DNA from: an uncultured virus (IMG/VR IMGVR_UViG_3300028844_005666)
Taxonomy: Duplodnaviria; Heunggongvirae; Uroviricota; Caudoviricetes
Direction: 5' to 3' (one strand)
IMG/VR virus record: IMGVR_UViG_3300028844_005666
DNA length: 64,000 bases
Position 1 is the first letter of the stretch, and each line of letters opens with the position of its first letter. The notes under the pieces are model-generated. The model searched no databases. It saw only the letters and a program-made list of their open reading frames with translations, and was not told the DNA's origin. Below, piece by piece: positions 49,975 to 59,276 of this stretch. The position numbers and the translations under genes were made by a program.

Positions 49975-50414
49975 GATAAAAATAACGTTCTTTCGTCTTT
50001 TCTTCTCTTAACTAGACCAGGAAGAACTCTTCCTGCTGCTTTTCTCCACTTAGGGAACTCATCAGCAGCTCCTTCATAGTCGCCTCTATTAAGTTTTCTT
50101 CTTAGAGTACTTGCTTGTAGATTACCATTATCGACATTGAATGCAAAACAAACTAATGCATCAAATTGATTTTGATTTAAAGAAACTGTAATAAGAGCAT
50201 CTACACCGTTTTCAAATCTTGCTATATCTTTTCTTAGCAATTCATCTACTTCAGCATCGGTTCTTTTTCTATTCCAGTCTTTAGGTCTAGTTTTACCATT
50301 ACCCATTAAATGACCTACTCCTACAGTCCATAAACCAATAGGATCTTGATAGGGCATATTTCTAACACCTTCATGATGTTTAATTAGCTTTACACAATTA
50401 TCGCTTATTCTCAT
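49971..50414 (-). CDS. GH24 phage lysozyme (endolysin)
   Basis: HEG..YQD..GLWTVGVGH catalytic E-D-T, QFDALV, GLVKRR..E. Confidence 0.93.
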   Translation of the reverse strand: MRISDNCVKLIKHHEGVRNMPYQDPIGLWTVGVGHLMGNGKTRPKDWNRKRTDAEVDELLRKDIARFENGVDALITVSLNQNQFDALVCFAFNVDNGNLQASTLRRKLNRGDYEGAADEFPKWRKAAGRVLPGLVKRRKDERTLFLS

Positions 50415-50425
50415 TTAACACTCCA

Positions 50426-50680
50426 TCAAAACGGTTTCAATTCACTCTTCTGAATATCTATAAAGTTGATAATTTCATTTTTATTATCTACTTCTACATT
50501 TAATTTTTTACACGCTATTCTCATAGTTCCTTTATATTCACTAGCACCAGGAGCTTTAACATTACGTGTAATTGTACGTTTAGCTTTAAGACACTCACTT
50601 AGTCCGTCTCGAACAGAAAATTCTTGTAACTGTAGTGGGCTACCAAAAAACATTAACAAAACTATAGCTTCTTTAATCAA
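50426..50680 (-). CDS. Small protein with CLKAKR motif
   Basis: Hydrophobic N-terminus; two Cys; paralogue of the next gene. Confidence 0.6.
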   Translation of the reverse strand: MIKEAIVLLMFFGSPLQLQEFSVRDGLSECLKAKRTITRNVKAPGASEYKGTMRIACKKLNVEVDNKNEIINFIDIQKSELKPF

Positions 50681-50682
50681 AA

Positions 50683-50952
50683 TTACCCGCCTAATTTTTC
50701 CGTGACGCTTTTAGCTTTCACTCTAGGGTTTTCGTCAGTATCTAATAAACGGATAATATAATCTTTACCATTTTTATCTTTACCAACTTCTACTAGTCTT
50801 TTTTGACAAGTGTATCTAAATGGTTTTTCACCATCATAACTTTTTTCTTGTGATCGTTTTGCTTTTAAACAATCAACCATTTTATGATGGCCAACGTGTG
50901 ATTCAATTGCGCCGTTTACATACAATAAAAGTGTTATACATACCATTTCCAT
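50683..50952 (-). CDS. Small protein with CLKAKR motif
   Basis: DCLKAKR...YTCQKR. Confidence 0.6.
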   Translation of the reverse strand: MEMVCITLLLYVNGAIESHVGHHKMVDCLKAKRSQEKSYDGEKPFRYTCQKRLVEVGKDKNGKDYIIRLLDTDENPRVKAKSVTEKLGG

Positions 50953-50955
50953 TTT

Positions 50956-51378
50956 TCAGTGTCCATTCTTTTTTCTAATTTCTAATTGAGTATCTTTAAT
51001 TTTCTCAATTGCTTCTTCTAAAGAGTTTATTCTTTTCTCATAAAACTCTAATGTCAATTTTTGCTGTTGATCAAATGGTGCTTTACCTGATTCAATTTCA
51101 TTTGTTAGTTTTTCTAACTCACCAGCCAAATGTTCAATAAGCATAAATTGTTCATTATCAGAGGGTAAAGTACCCATTTCACCTCTTGGCCATTTTATAC
51201 GGAATTCTGTATTCTGTACCAAGTCAGCTTTAATCAATTGTTGTTGTATTTCAATAGCATTTAATCTTTCTGTAATACCGAAGTAGCCCCAAGTTGCAAG
51301 AGCAGTAATAAAAATCATACTTACAATATTACGTAAAGGTAATGCTACCTCTGTTCCTTCATTAATTTTAGTCGCCAT
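50956..51378 (-). CDS. Membrane-anchored coiled-coil protein
   Basis: One TM segment near the N-terminus, then coiled coil. Confidence 0.6.
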   Translation of the reverse strand: MATKINEGTEVALPLRNIVSMIFITALATWGYFGITERLNAIEIQQQLIKADLVQNTEFRIKWPRGEMGTLPSDNEQFMLIEHLAGELEKLTNEIESGKAPFDQQQKLTLEFYEKRINSLEEAIEKIKDTQLEIRKKNGH

Positions 51379-51402
51379 AATATAATTTTCCTTTAGCTAA
51401 AG

Positions 51403-51852
51403 TTAACGTTTAATAGCACGAGAACCAAACCAAAAACTAATAATAGCCGCAAAAATGGACGACGTTTCTTCGGACCAAAGCGTTGATGCGACGATACTAA
51501 TGTCCCCACCATCTCGTAAAACCACATAAGCTGCAACTCCTTCTGCAAAAAAGAAGAGTACGAAAAATAAATATGTAATTATAGGTCGTACAGAACTTCT
51601 TAGATTATGAACCCAAGTAGATGCATTCTTCGCTGTTTGCGTATCATGTTCTAGTAGAGCTAGATCTCTTTGAGTTTCATTAGCTGCATCCATCATTTCT
51701 GCTTTCACAGCTAACATTTTTTCTTCTCGTTCTATCTGTAAAGCCATGACTTTTAATTCTTGTGCTTTATCAGATTTGTCTTGCATAAAATCTAAAAGTT
51801 TAGGTACAAAAGAAGTACTGAATCCTAATAGAGATGATAATAATGTAAGCAT
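51403..51852 (-). CDS. Putative holin (3TM/GTA type)
   Basis: LRSSVRPIITY, FWFGSR end, hydrophobic helices, near lysozyme. Confidence 0.65.
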   Translation of the reverse strand: MLTLLSSLLGFSTSFVPKLLDFMQDKSDKAQELKVMALQIEREEKMLAVKAEMMDAANETQRDLALLEHDTQTAKNASTWVHNLRSSVRPIITYLFFVLFFFAEGVAAYVVLRDGGDISIVASTLWSEETSSIFAAIISFWFGSRAIKR

Positions 51853-51855
51853 AGT

Positions 51856-54234
51856 TTATTCCTTTGTTTCAAATACTACCGGCGGAAGTAACGCCCTTAT
51901 CTTTTCAAAAATTGGTCCGGCTGCTTTAGAGTTTCTTAAGTTCACTTCAAAACTTAATATTACGGACGCTATTGCTACATTTCTATCGTTTTCTGTAGCT
52001 ATACCTTCTGGAGCTAATTGATAAGCTGCCAATCTCTTCATTCTTTCTAAATGTTCTTTATCTTCATCGCTAGAATATTTAACCCATAACTTATCAGTTT
52101 TTGCATTTTCTAGATCTTTCCTACATGAAGTAGGTTCAACTGATGCAGATAAATCTTTTTCTCCTACTTCAATGAATAGTTTTACTACTTCTTCTGCTAC
52201 AGCTACAACTTCAGTACATTGCCATACATCACTAGCTAAGTATTTGTTAGCGACTAAAGTCTTATCATTAATAGCAGCTGGTCTAAATTTCTCAAAGAAG
52301 TTAGCTTCTGCTTCTGAAGCACCACCTTGTTCAATTAATTTTCTAGCACTTATCTTTTTTTCCTTACATTTCTTTGCTAAGGATTTGAATTCAGGTAAAG
52401 TTTTTAAACGTTTATATTCAATATCATTAGCAGCTATTTTTGGATCCCAATAAGCAGCGTTTATAGCTCCTAACTTTTTTAAGAAATCTTGATGCATTCT
52501 TTTTACTTTATATCCAGATCCTATATCATTATAAGGTACACCACTAGTATCAGTAAAGGTTTTTTCTTTAGGAGCTCTTTCGATAGGTTTAGCTTCAGGA
52601 ACAGTTTTAGGAGGTGCTAAATTAAATTTAGTTATTTTAGAAGATATTGGTACACCATTTGCTATATCTAATTTAGAAAGAGGAGGTATCTTTAATTTAA
52701 TTTTAGGGATGTCAGTACAAGTATTCAAAGTTCTAGAACTGAAAGCTTCACCTGGTTTAATTTCAGGGCCCTTATAAGTATAAGTTACTTTTATTTCTGC
52801 AAATTCGCTAGATACAGTTACTTTATTTCCAGACTTTTTAAAATTTCTTTCATTAAAGAAAAAATTTGTATCAGGTTTACGTACTTCTACTACTTGAATT
52901 TCTACAGGAGTCTTACTTAAAGTAACACTTCTAATTAATGGACCTGGTACTTTATCACTTACTCTACTTCCAGCTCTATCAATTTCAGTTAAATTTGGTG
53001 TTGAAGGTCTCATTGATGTTATTGATAACAGACCGGTCAATGCAGTTGTAGGGTCAGTATTTTTAGCTTTAGTAAGATCAAAACTAGCTGGTAATCCAGG
53101 AATGGATCCTCCGGTTTTTTGTAAGTCTAAACCTTTATTAAAAGCACCAGTTATATCCCCTGATGTTAAAGATTTAACTGCCCCTTCAACGCTAGTACCT
53201 GCTGCTGATTTATTAGCTAAATCACTCGCCATTGACATTGTTTTACCAAAGTCAAGTTTACTTATATCTAAACCACCAGCTCCTGATGCACCTTGAAATT
53301 GTTTAAGAATATTACCTGCAGGTCCAGATGTGTCAGCTCCTTGTAATGCATTGTTAATATCTGCCTGATGAGAGCCCATTAAACCTTTTACTTTAGCTGA
53401 ATCTAGACTTTTCAAATCATTAGTAGTGAAATTTTTATCTTTAGTAACTTTAGCTAGAATTTGATTTATATCAAAGTTTCCATTAGCGCCTTTAGCAACA
53501 GATGAAGTACCCGGTACTGTATATTTTACTTTAACTTCTTTATACACTTTTTCTTTATCAGGCTCACCAGGTACATATAATTGAACTACATTACCTATTA
53601 GTTTATAACTTCTTGTACCGAAGAAAATATTAGTTCCTTCTTTCATAACAAATACTTTTACTATTTGCAAAGGTGTGTCATCTAAGTTAACTGTACTTGT
53701 ATTTTTATCTCTTTTTTCAACTACAACGCTACTAGGTTGTGGGGTACTTGCACCATACAAATTTTGCATTTCAGTTGCTTTAGCCATAAATGAATTTATA
53801 TCTTTTACACCTTTTAATTTATCAACATCTTTTTGTAGATCAAAAGTTTTACTTCCATCAGGTACTAAAGATATGCATTTTATTACACCATACTCTTCAG
53901 CAGTTACGATTTGTTTTTCGCCACTTTCATCTTTAGTTTCTAATTTAAAATCAGTTACTAAGAAAAATATACTAGATCCTACTTTAGAAGCTTTTACTTC
54001 TTTTACTAAAAGTAAATTTTCAGGAACATCACAAGTAGTTCCTCCACCTTGAGTAGGTACTTCAATAACTTTTTGAGGAATCTTAAAACCTTTTTTAGCA
54101 GAGACTTTTTGCAAAAGACTACTTTGTTGAAGAGTGCCAAGCATAGACTTGCCTAACTTCATATTGTTCATCATATCTTTCTGAACGTCTTTAATCTCTT
54201 CTTTATTTAAACTTTTTCCACAAACTAATGGCAT
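51856..54234 (-). CDS. Large hypothetical protein with a repeated beta module
   Basis: 792 aa directly downstream of gp5. Confidence 0.6.
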   Translation of the reverse strand: MPLVCGKSLNKEEIKDVQKDMMNNMKLGKSMLGTLQQSSLLQKVSAKKGFKIPQKVIEVPTQGGGTTCDVPENLLLVKEVKASKVGSSIFFLVTDFKLETKDESGEKQIVTAEEYGVIKCISLVPDGSKTFDLQKDVDKLKGVKDINSFMAKATEMQNLYGASTPQPSSVVVEKRDKNTSTVNLDDTPLQIVKVFVMKEGTNIFFGTRSYKLIGNVVQLYVPGEPDKEKVYKEVKVKYTVPGTSSVAKGANGNFDINQILAKVTKDKNFTTNDLKSLDSAKVKGLMGSHQADINNALQGADTSGPAGNILKQFQGASGAGGLDISKLDFGKTMSMASDLANKSAAGTSVEGAVKSLTSGDITGAFNKGLDLQKTGGSIPGLPASFDLTKAKNTDPTTALTGLLSITSMRPSTPNLTEIDRAGSRVSDKVPGPLIRSVTLSKTPVEIQVVEVRKPDTNFFFNERNFKKSGNKVTVSSEFAEIKVTYTYKGPEIKPGEAFSSRTLNTCTDIPKIKLKIPPLSKLDIANGVPISSKITKFNLAPPKTVPEAKPIERAPKEKTFTDTSGVPYNDIGSGYKVKRMHQDFLKKLGAINAAYWDPKIAANDIEYKRLKTLPEFKSLAKKCKEKKISARKLIEQGGASEAEANFFEKFRPAAINDKTLVANKYLASDVWQCTEVVAVAEEVVKLFIEVGEKDLSASVEPTSCRKDLENAKTDKLWVKYSSDEDKEHLERMKRLAAYQLAPEGIATENDRNVAIASVILSFEVNLRNSKAAGPIFEKIRALLPPVVFETKE

Positions 54235-54242
54235 TGTTCTCT

Positions 54243-55646
54243 CTAATTATTAGGTGTTGAAGTTTCGGTTCCATGTAATGCGTGAGCAGGATCTGTATGA
54301 GTATGACTAGTTAGAGTTATACCTGTACCTCCTCCATTTTTAGCAGTTACTTCACTTCCATTTCCGTTAAACGCTAATGTAGCTACTCCTGTTACGGTTT
54401 CATCTTTCGTTCCCGTTACAGTTTGAGTTTCATTACCTCCTATAGTAGTAGTGACATTAGTATCTACTTCTGTAATCATATTAGCAGGTGTATCAATCTT
54501 TATATCTTCTTTAGCAGTTACTTTATATTCACTTTCAGTAAAATTAGTAAACATATTTTTTGAATAGATATTAGTTCTATTATCTGTGTACAAGAAATAA
54601 TCGCTATCTATGTATAAAGTATTAGTAGCTCCTACAGTAGTGTCTCTTCTTCTTACTACATCTCTTGTTTCATCATTACCTATTCTAGTAGCATAATCTT
54701 CAGCTATATTAGCAGAGTAATCTTGATCGATTTCCATATTAAGAGAGTTACCTATCTTAATTTGTTTATCTCCTGCAATATCTTCTGTATAATTACCATC
54801 TACTTCTAAGTGATAATTACCTTCTACTTTTAATCTCATATCTTTTCTGATAGTCATGTTCATATCACCTTTGACTATCATATTATTATCTTCAAAAATT
54901 ACTTCAAAATTATCACCTACTACTCTTACAGTTCTAGTTCCATCTGCAATTATTTCTTCATAGGTACCTGCAGTATGATATTGTAATAAACTTTCATTGT
55001 TAGGAGTATCATTTACCTCAAATATATGACCTCTTTCAGTTTCTTTAACTTTATTATATGGATAGTCTGGGAGACTACCGCCGTAAGGGTATGGTTGATC
55101 CCACTTTACAGCTTCATAATAAGATGAATCTTTATCTGGAGCTACGGATGTAACCTTAGGAGGTGATGCTGTATCTACACTTTCGACTCTTGTATTAAGT
55201 CTGTCTAAATGATTATCAGTTTCTTCTACATTAATTTTTTGAGCATTAAAAGGAACATCATTTTCTCTAGTACCTGGTCCTGCAACTCTTACAGGATTGA
55301 CTCCCATAGGGTCATTGAATCCTTTAGTCTGATCCACTTCACCTGGAATCTCTCCATGAAAAGTTCCCATAACAAACGGCTGTTGCATATTAGCACCATC
55401 AGTAAAGAAACCTACAACTGTTGAACCTTGAGCTATACCAGTAGGTGAATCTCCTATACCTGCAACCGAAGCTGATGTAACAGGCATCATTACTTGTGCC
55501 CAAGGTAGACTATCAGTAGGTATTGCATTCTTATCAGCTGAGTGTATACTATAACATCTTACTCTAACTCTCCCCATTTCCATAGGGTCGTTTCTGTCTT
55601 CTACTACTCCTATAAACCATGTAAAATTATTTCCAAAATAACTCAT
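54243..55646 (-). CDS. gp5: Baseplate central spike, no lysozyme domain
   Basis: WFIGVVEDRNDP..GRVRVR OB fold, YPYNKVKETERGH, beta-helix repeats, HTH tip. Confidence 0.92.
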   Translation of the reverse strand: MSYFGNNFTWFIGVVEDRNDPMEMGRVRVRCYSIHSADKNAIPTDSLPWAQVMMPVTSASVAGIGDSPTGIAQGSTVVGFFTDGANMQQPFVMGTFHGEIPGEVDQTKGFNDPMGVNPVRVAGPGTRENDVPFNAQKINVEETDNHLDRLNTRVESVDTASPPKVTSVAPDKDSSYYEAVKWDQPYPYGGSLPDYPYNKVKETERGHIFEVNDTPNNESLLQYHTAGTYEEIIADGTRTVRVVGDNFEVIFEDNNMIVKGDMNMTIRKDMRLKVEGNYHLEVDGNYTEDIAGDKQIKIGNSLNMEIDQDYSANIAEDYATRIGNDETRDVVRRRDTTVGATNTLYIDSDYFLYTDNRTNIYSKNMFTNFTESEYKVTAKEDIKIDTPANMITEVDTNVTTTIGGNETQTVTGTKDETVTGVATLAFNGNGSEVTAKNGGGTGITLTSHTHTDPAHALHGTETSTPNN

Positions 55647-56851
55647 TCGTACGCTCCGTTAGATGCTGACTCCCTTATACATTGTAAAACTGTAAAAGAT
55701 GTTTTACTTGTAAATACTTGTCTCTTTGACATAGTAACATATTTACCAGACAATGCATAGTCAGTTATATCTTGTCCTTCTCTAGGTGATGCTTGTGGTA
55801 TTTTAATTTCAATTAATTGACCTATATCAGTAATAGGATTACCAGGAATTGTGATATCTAATATATTGTTGCTTTTTCTATAATTAGTTTTTGTAATTCT
55901 ACTTACGTCATTTAACTTATCTAATCTTTTAGCTTCATCATCAGAAAATCTAGAAATAGAATCCATTCTCTTTCCTATTCCAGGTGGAGTATATTCGCCC
56001 CATAAAGACTTTTCATTGTCTGATTTTTCTTTGTTAAATTTAAATTTATGTTCAATAGTTTGAAAAGATTTAGAAGTCGTATTATAATCAAATAATGAAC
56101 CTGCTAAGTAACCATTCTTAGCTGTTTCTAATAAATCATAGCTTTGATTAGCTTCATATTTGTTAATTGTTATCATATCAGATTTAGTTTTTTCTGTAGG
56201 GTGAAATTTTTCTGAACCATATACAAATTTTTGAGGTTCATCAGTAACTGAATTTAATCTTTCTAATGGAGTGAAATTATATTTACCGAACGAATCTTGA
56301 AAAAAGAAAAATCTTGTATCTGATATTTTTGATTTTGCTCTACTAGCTAACCATAATATAGAATTAATTGGAGACCAATCTGGTATTATAACTGATTCTG
56401 AGTTTAAACTATCATCCCATAAACCTATTTTTTCAGTTGAGTCTTTGTGTTGGTTAAAAATATCTTTAGCTATATTACTTAAACTACCTTCGAAGTGTTT
56501 ACTAATAGTAAAAAAATTAGACTTTATAAGTAAGGGTGAATAGCATTTTAAACTGTAACTTTGTTCATGATCATTATTTTCAATATCATTAATTGAACCT
56601 ATAACAGCATTCCAAGTTTTAATTTCATTACCATATTCAATTTCAATATTAATATTTTGTCCACCTCTTAGAGGTAATTTATTAATAAGGTTTCTATTGT
56701 CTCTTACAGTCACAACAATAGTATACGTAGGTTGAGTTACATATGCGTTTACGTTGATTTCTAGAACAAGTTTTGTGATATCAGCTTCTTTACCATCTTG
56801 TCCTTTAATATCAACTTTCTTTAACCTGTATGCGCCAACGTAATCACTCAT
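55643..56851 (-). CDS. Baseplate hub protein (gp27-like)
   Basis: Position before gp5; IPDWSP...FFFFQD, IPGN...GQLI, LSGKY. Confidence 0.65.
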   Translation of the reverse strand: MSDYVGAYRLKKVDIKGQDGKEADITKLVLEINVNAYVTQPTYTIVVTVRDNRNLINKLPLRGGQNINIEIEYGNEIKTWNAVIGSINDIENNDHEQSYSLKCYSPLLIKSNFFTISKHFEGSLSNIAKDIFNQHKDSTEKIGLWDDSLNSESVIIPDWSPINSILWLASRAKSKISDTRFFFFQDSFGKYNFTPLERLNSVTDEPQKFVYGSEKFHPTEKTKSDMITINKYEANQSYDLLETAKNGYLAGSLFDYNTTSKSFQTIEHKFKFNKEKSDNEKSLWGEYTPPGIGKRMDSISRFSDDEAKRLDKLNDVSRITKTNYRKSNNILDITIPGNPITDIGQLIEIKIPQASPREGQDITDYALSGKYVTMSKRQVFTSKTSFTVLQCIRESASNGAYE

Positions 56852-57497
56852 TCAAGATCTTTCTTAGTTCATCGTATAATTGTGTAACAACTGTTTGTTT
56901 AAGAATTAAAATAGTCCTTTTACTCTCATTAAGATCTTCTTCGTATGAACGAATAGATACCGGCGAAGCAGTAGGCGCGGTAATAGATCTTCCGAAAGCA
57001 TCTTTTCTACTAGAATTGTTAACTATAAAATCGTACGTGTATTCATTTTTATTACTATCAACAAAATGATGAGGTCTAGCTGTAGCTTTATCACCTATTA
57101 CTGTAGTATAATTGTTACTACTAGTACCCACAAAATCAATAAAGTTCATAGTTTCTTGTCTAGTTAAAGTAACTGGATTACTATCAGAATCTTTTTGTAC
57201 TTTATATTTTTGGTATAATTTTTCATCTAATGCAAAACCACTTAATGGCATATCTAGGTAAGGGCTAATCATATCATTAGCTAACATTACAGCCCAATGT
57301 AAGTTAACATCTCCGTAATATTCATTAGCTATAAGCTCAACTGTATCACCATCTCTAATAGTATGGGTAATAAAGTTAGCTCTTTCATTCTTAACAGATT
57401 CAATAATAGCAGGTTTGATAGATATGTTTTTCAATTGTCTATAGACGTTATCTGGGAACTGATAATTTATATATGGAAATTGTTCAAAGTAAGCCAT
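56844..57497 (-). CDS. gp53: Baseplate wedge protein
   Basis: YFEQFPYINY, IRDGDT.E.IA..YYGD..LHW..LAN, YE...NESKR.I. Confidence 0.9.
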   Translation of the reverse strand: MAYFEQFPYINYQFPDNVYRQLKNISIKPAIIESVKNERANFITHTIRDGDTVELIANEYYGDVNLHWAVMLANDMISPYLDMPLSGFALDEKLYQKYKVQKDSDSNPVTLTRQETMNFIDFVGTSSNNYTTVIGDKATARPHHFVDSNKNEYTYDFIVNNSSRKDAFGRSITAPTASPVSIRSYEEDLNESKRTILILKQTVVTQLYDELRKILNE

Positions 57498-58528
57498 TAT
57501 GGTGTTCCTGTTCCGTCAGGTGCTCTAAATGGAGTTGAGCCTGTATTACCAGCTAAACCTCTGTTACTTCCACCAACTGTTTGACCTGCACCTTTAAGGT
57601 CAGCATTTAATACTCCACCTCCAAATGAATCTCTGAATAATGGTTCTACTTCTGTATAAACTATATCTAAGTTTACATCCATTGGAGATCCGTCTGTATG
57701 TCTATGTGCACCACCAGCAGCTCCATAAGTTACATTCACTGATGTAAGAACAGATCTATTAGGGCTCTCTAAAAATTTATTTTCACCACCATACCACTTA
57801 TAGTTTATATCCCACTGTAAAGGTATTTCTACAAATTGAAATTCACCAGCTGGATCTCTAGCAGGTAATTGATAGTACATAAACGAATCACATATCTTTT
57901 TAATAAGTTCTGATTCCATAGGGTCTTTAGGTGCAAATTGAAAGCTATAGTTAAATGTTCTATGAGTCATACCTTGGAACAAAGTAAATGAGAAAGGATT
58001 AGTTACTTGACCTGTAGCAACCTGAACTACGTTTCCTGCAGCTCCTATTAAGTCTGTAGCTGCACCAGCTAATAATTTTTTAATACCGCTTATCTGCTCA
58101 TCTCTTCCTGAACTAGTTCCTAATGCAACAGCAGCTGCTCCTGTAGCTCCAATATTAGCTTGAGAATAATTAGCTGATTGAACTGCTAATAAATTTTGAG
58201 GCATAGGTAAAGATATATGACCATAAGTCTTAACACTATCTCTTCCTGTTTGCATTTTCATACCACTTACAACGCTTTTAAGCTTCCCAATATTTCCAGG
58301 TAGTTGATTTTTAATTTTATCAACGATACTATTTACCCCTGGAGCAGGTAAGTTAGGAATGTTAGGTATACCTAAACCACCAATACCACCACTAGCAGGA
58401 TTCTTAACAGTCTTAGTTGCACCGAATTCTACTTGTCTTGGAAAGAATTCAATTACACCTGGTATTTCTTGAGTACCCAATTCACCTGGGTATGAATAAC
58501 TAAAATATCTTGGCTTAGATGATGGCAA
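57497..58528 (-). CDS. gp48: Baseplate tail-tube cap
   Basis: LPMP, NPF...FQGM.HRTFNYSFQFAPK...ES, VLTSVNVTY; TTG start with AGGAG SD. Confidence 0.8.
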   Translation of the reverse strand: MPSSKPRYFSYSYPGELGTQEIPGVIEFFPRQVEFGATKTVKNPASGGIGGLGIPNIPNLPAPGVNSIVDKIKNQLPGNIGKLKSVVSGMKMQTGRDSVKTYGHISLPMPQNLLAVQSANYSQANIGATGAAAVALGTSSGRDEQISGIKKLLAGAATDLIGAAGNVVQVATGQVTNPFSFTLFQGMTHRTFNYSFQFAPKDPMESELIKKICDSFMYYQLPARDPAGEFQFVEIPLQWDINYKWYGGENKFLESPNRSVLTSVNVTYGAAGGAHRHTDGSPMDVNLDIVYTEVEPLFRDSFGGGVLNADLKGAGQTVGGSNRGLAGNTGSTPFRAPDGTGTP

Positions 58529-58563
58529 TATTGACTCCTAAATATATTATAAGGTATTTATGC

Positions 58564-59148
58564 ATGTATCACAAAGGAAAATTCACAGATATTAAACACC
58601 CCGACAAGTATGTAGGTGATATAAGAAATATTACTTACAGGTCTCATTGGGAAAGAAATGTTATGCGCTGGTTGGATAACAACAATGATGTTATTGAATG
58701 GGCTTCTGAAGAGGTTTCTATTCCATATCAACACCCTATCTACAATAGAAGAGCAAAATATTACCCTGACTTCTTTATGAAGTTTAAAGATGGTAAGATT
58801 AAAATTATTGAAGTGAAGCCTAAAGAACAAACTGAAAAGCCTATGCAAAATAAATCTAAAAGAATGACTAAAAAGTATGTTCATGAAATGATGGTATGGG
58901 CTGTTAATTGTGAAAAATGGGATGCGGCATTAAAATACGGTGAACAATTTAATTATAAATTTGAAGTATGGACTCAAGATACATTAAAAGAAATGGGTAT
59001 ACTTAATTGGGAAACTGATAAGACTGTTCTTTTAGCAGAGAGAACAGCGTCAAATAAACCTAAACTTCAAAGTATATTTAAAGCTAAAAAGAAATATAAA
59101 ACCAGTATATCTAGAAATAAAAGACCTAGACCTAAACGTAAGAGTTAA
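58564..59148 (+). CDS. gp4: Head completion nuclease
   Basis: KY.GD..ITYRS.WE, WASEE..IPY, YYPDF, IEVKP; start moved to MYHKGKF. Confidence 0.92.
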   Translation: MYHKGKFTDIKHPDKYVGDIRNITYRSHWERNVMRWLDNNNDVIEWASEEVSIPYQHPIYNRRAKYYPDFFMKFKDGKIKIIEVKPKEQTEKPMQNKSKRMTKKYVHEMMVWAVNCEKWDAALKYGEQFNYKFEVWTQDTLKEMGILNWETDKTVLLAERTASNKPKLQSIFKAKKKYKTSISRNKRPRPKRKS

Positions 59149-59276
59149 TCTTTATTACATTTCACGCAGCTACATCCTGTGCATATATCATTAGGGCACT
59201 TTTGACATTCTTCGTTACAATGACTCTCATGTAAACATTTTTTGCATAATGTATTATGGTATTGCTGAGAATCCAT
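59145..59276 (-). CDS. 43-aa Cys-rich, metallothionein-like peptide (not in ORF track)
   Basis: MDSQQYHNTLCKKCLHESHCNEECQKCPNDICTGCSCVKCNKD; GGAGG SD upstream; fills the intergenic gap. Confidence 0.75.
   Translation of the reverse strand: MDSQQYHNTLCKKCLHESHCNEECQKCPNDICTGCSCVKCNKD

Noticed and set aside
59202..59221. TTGACA...TACAAT as a sigma70 promoter
   Set aside because: Spacer is only 8 nt, and it lies within the Cys-rich ORF
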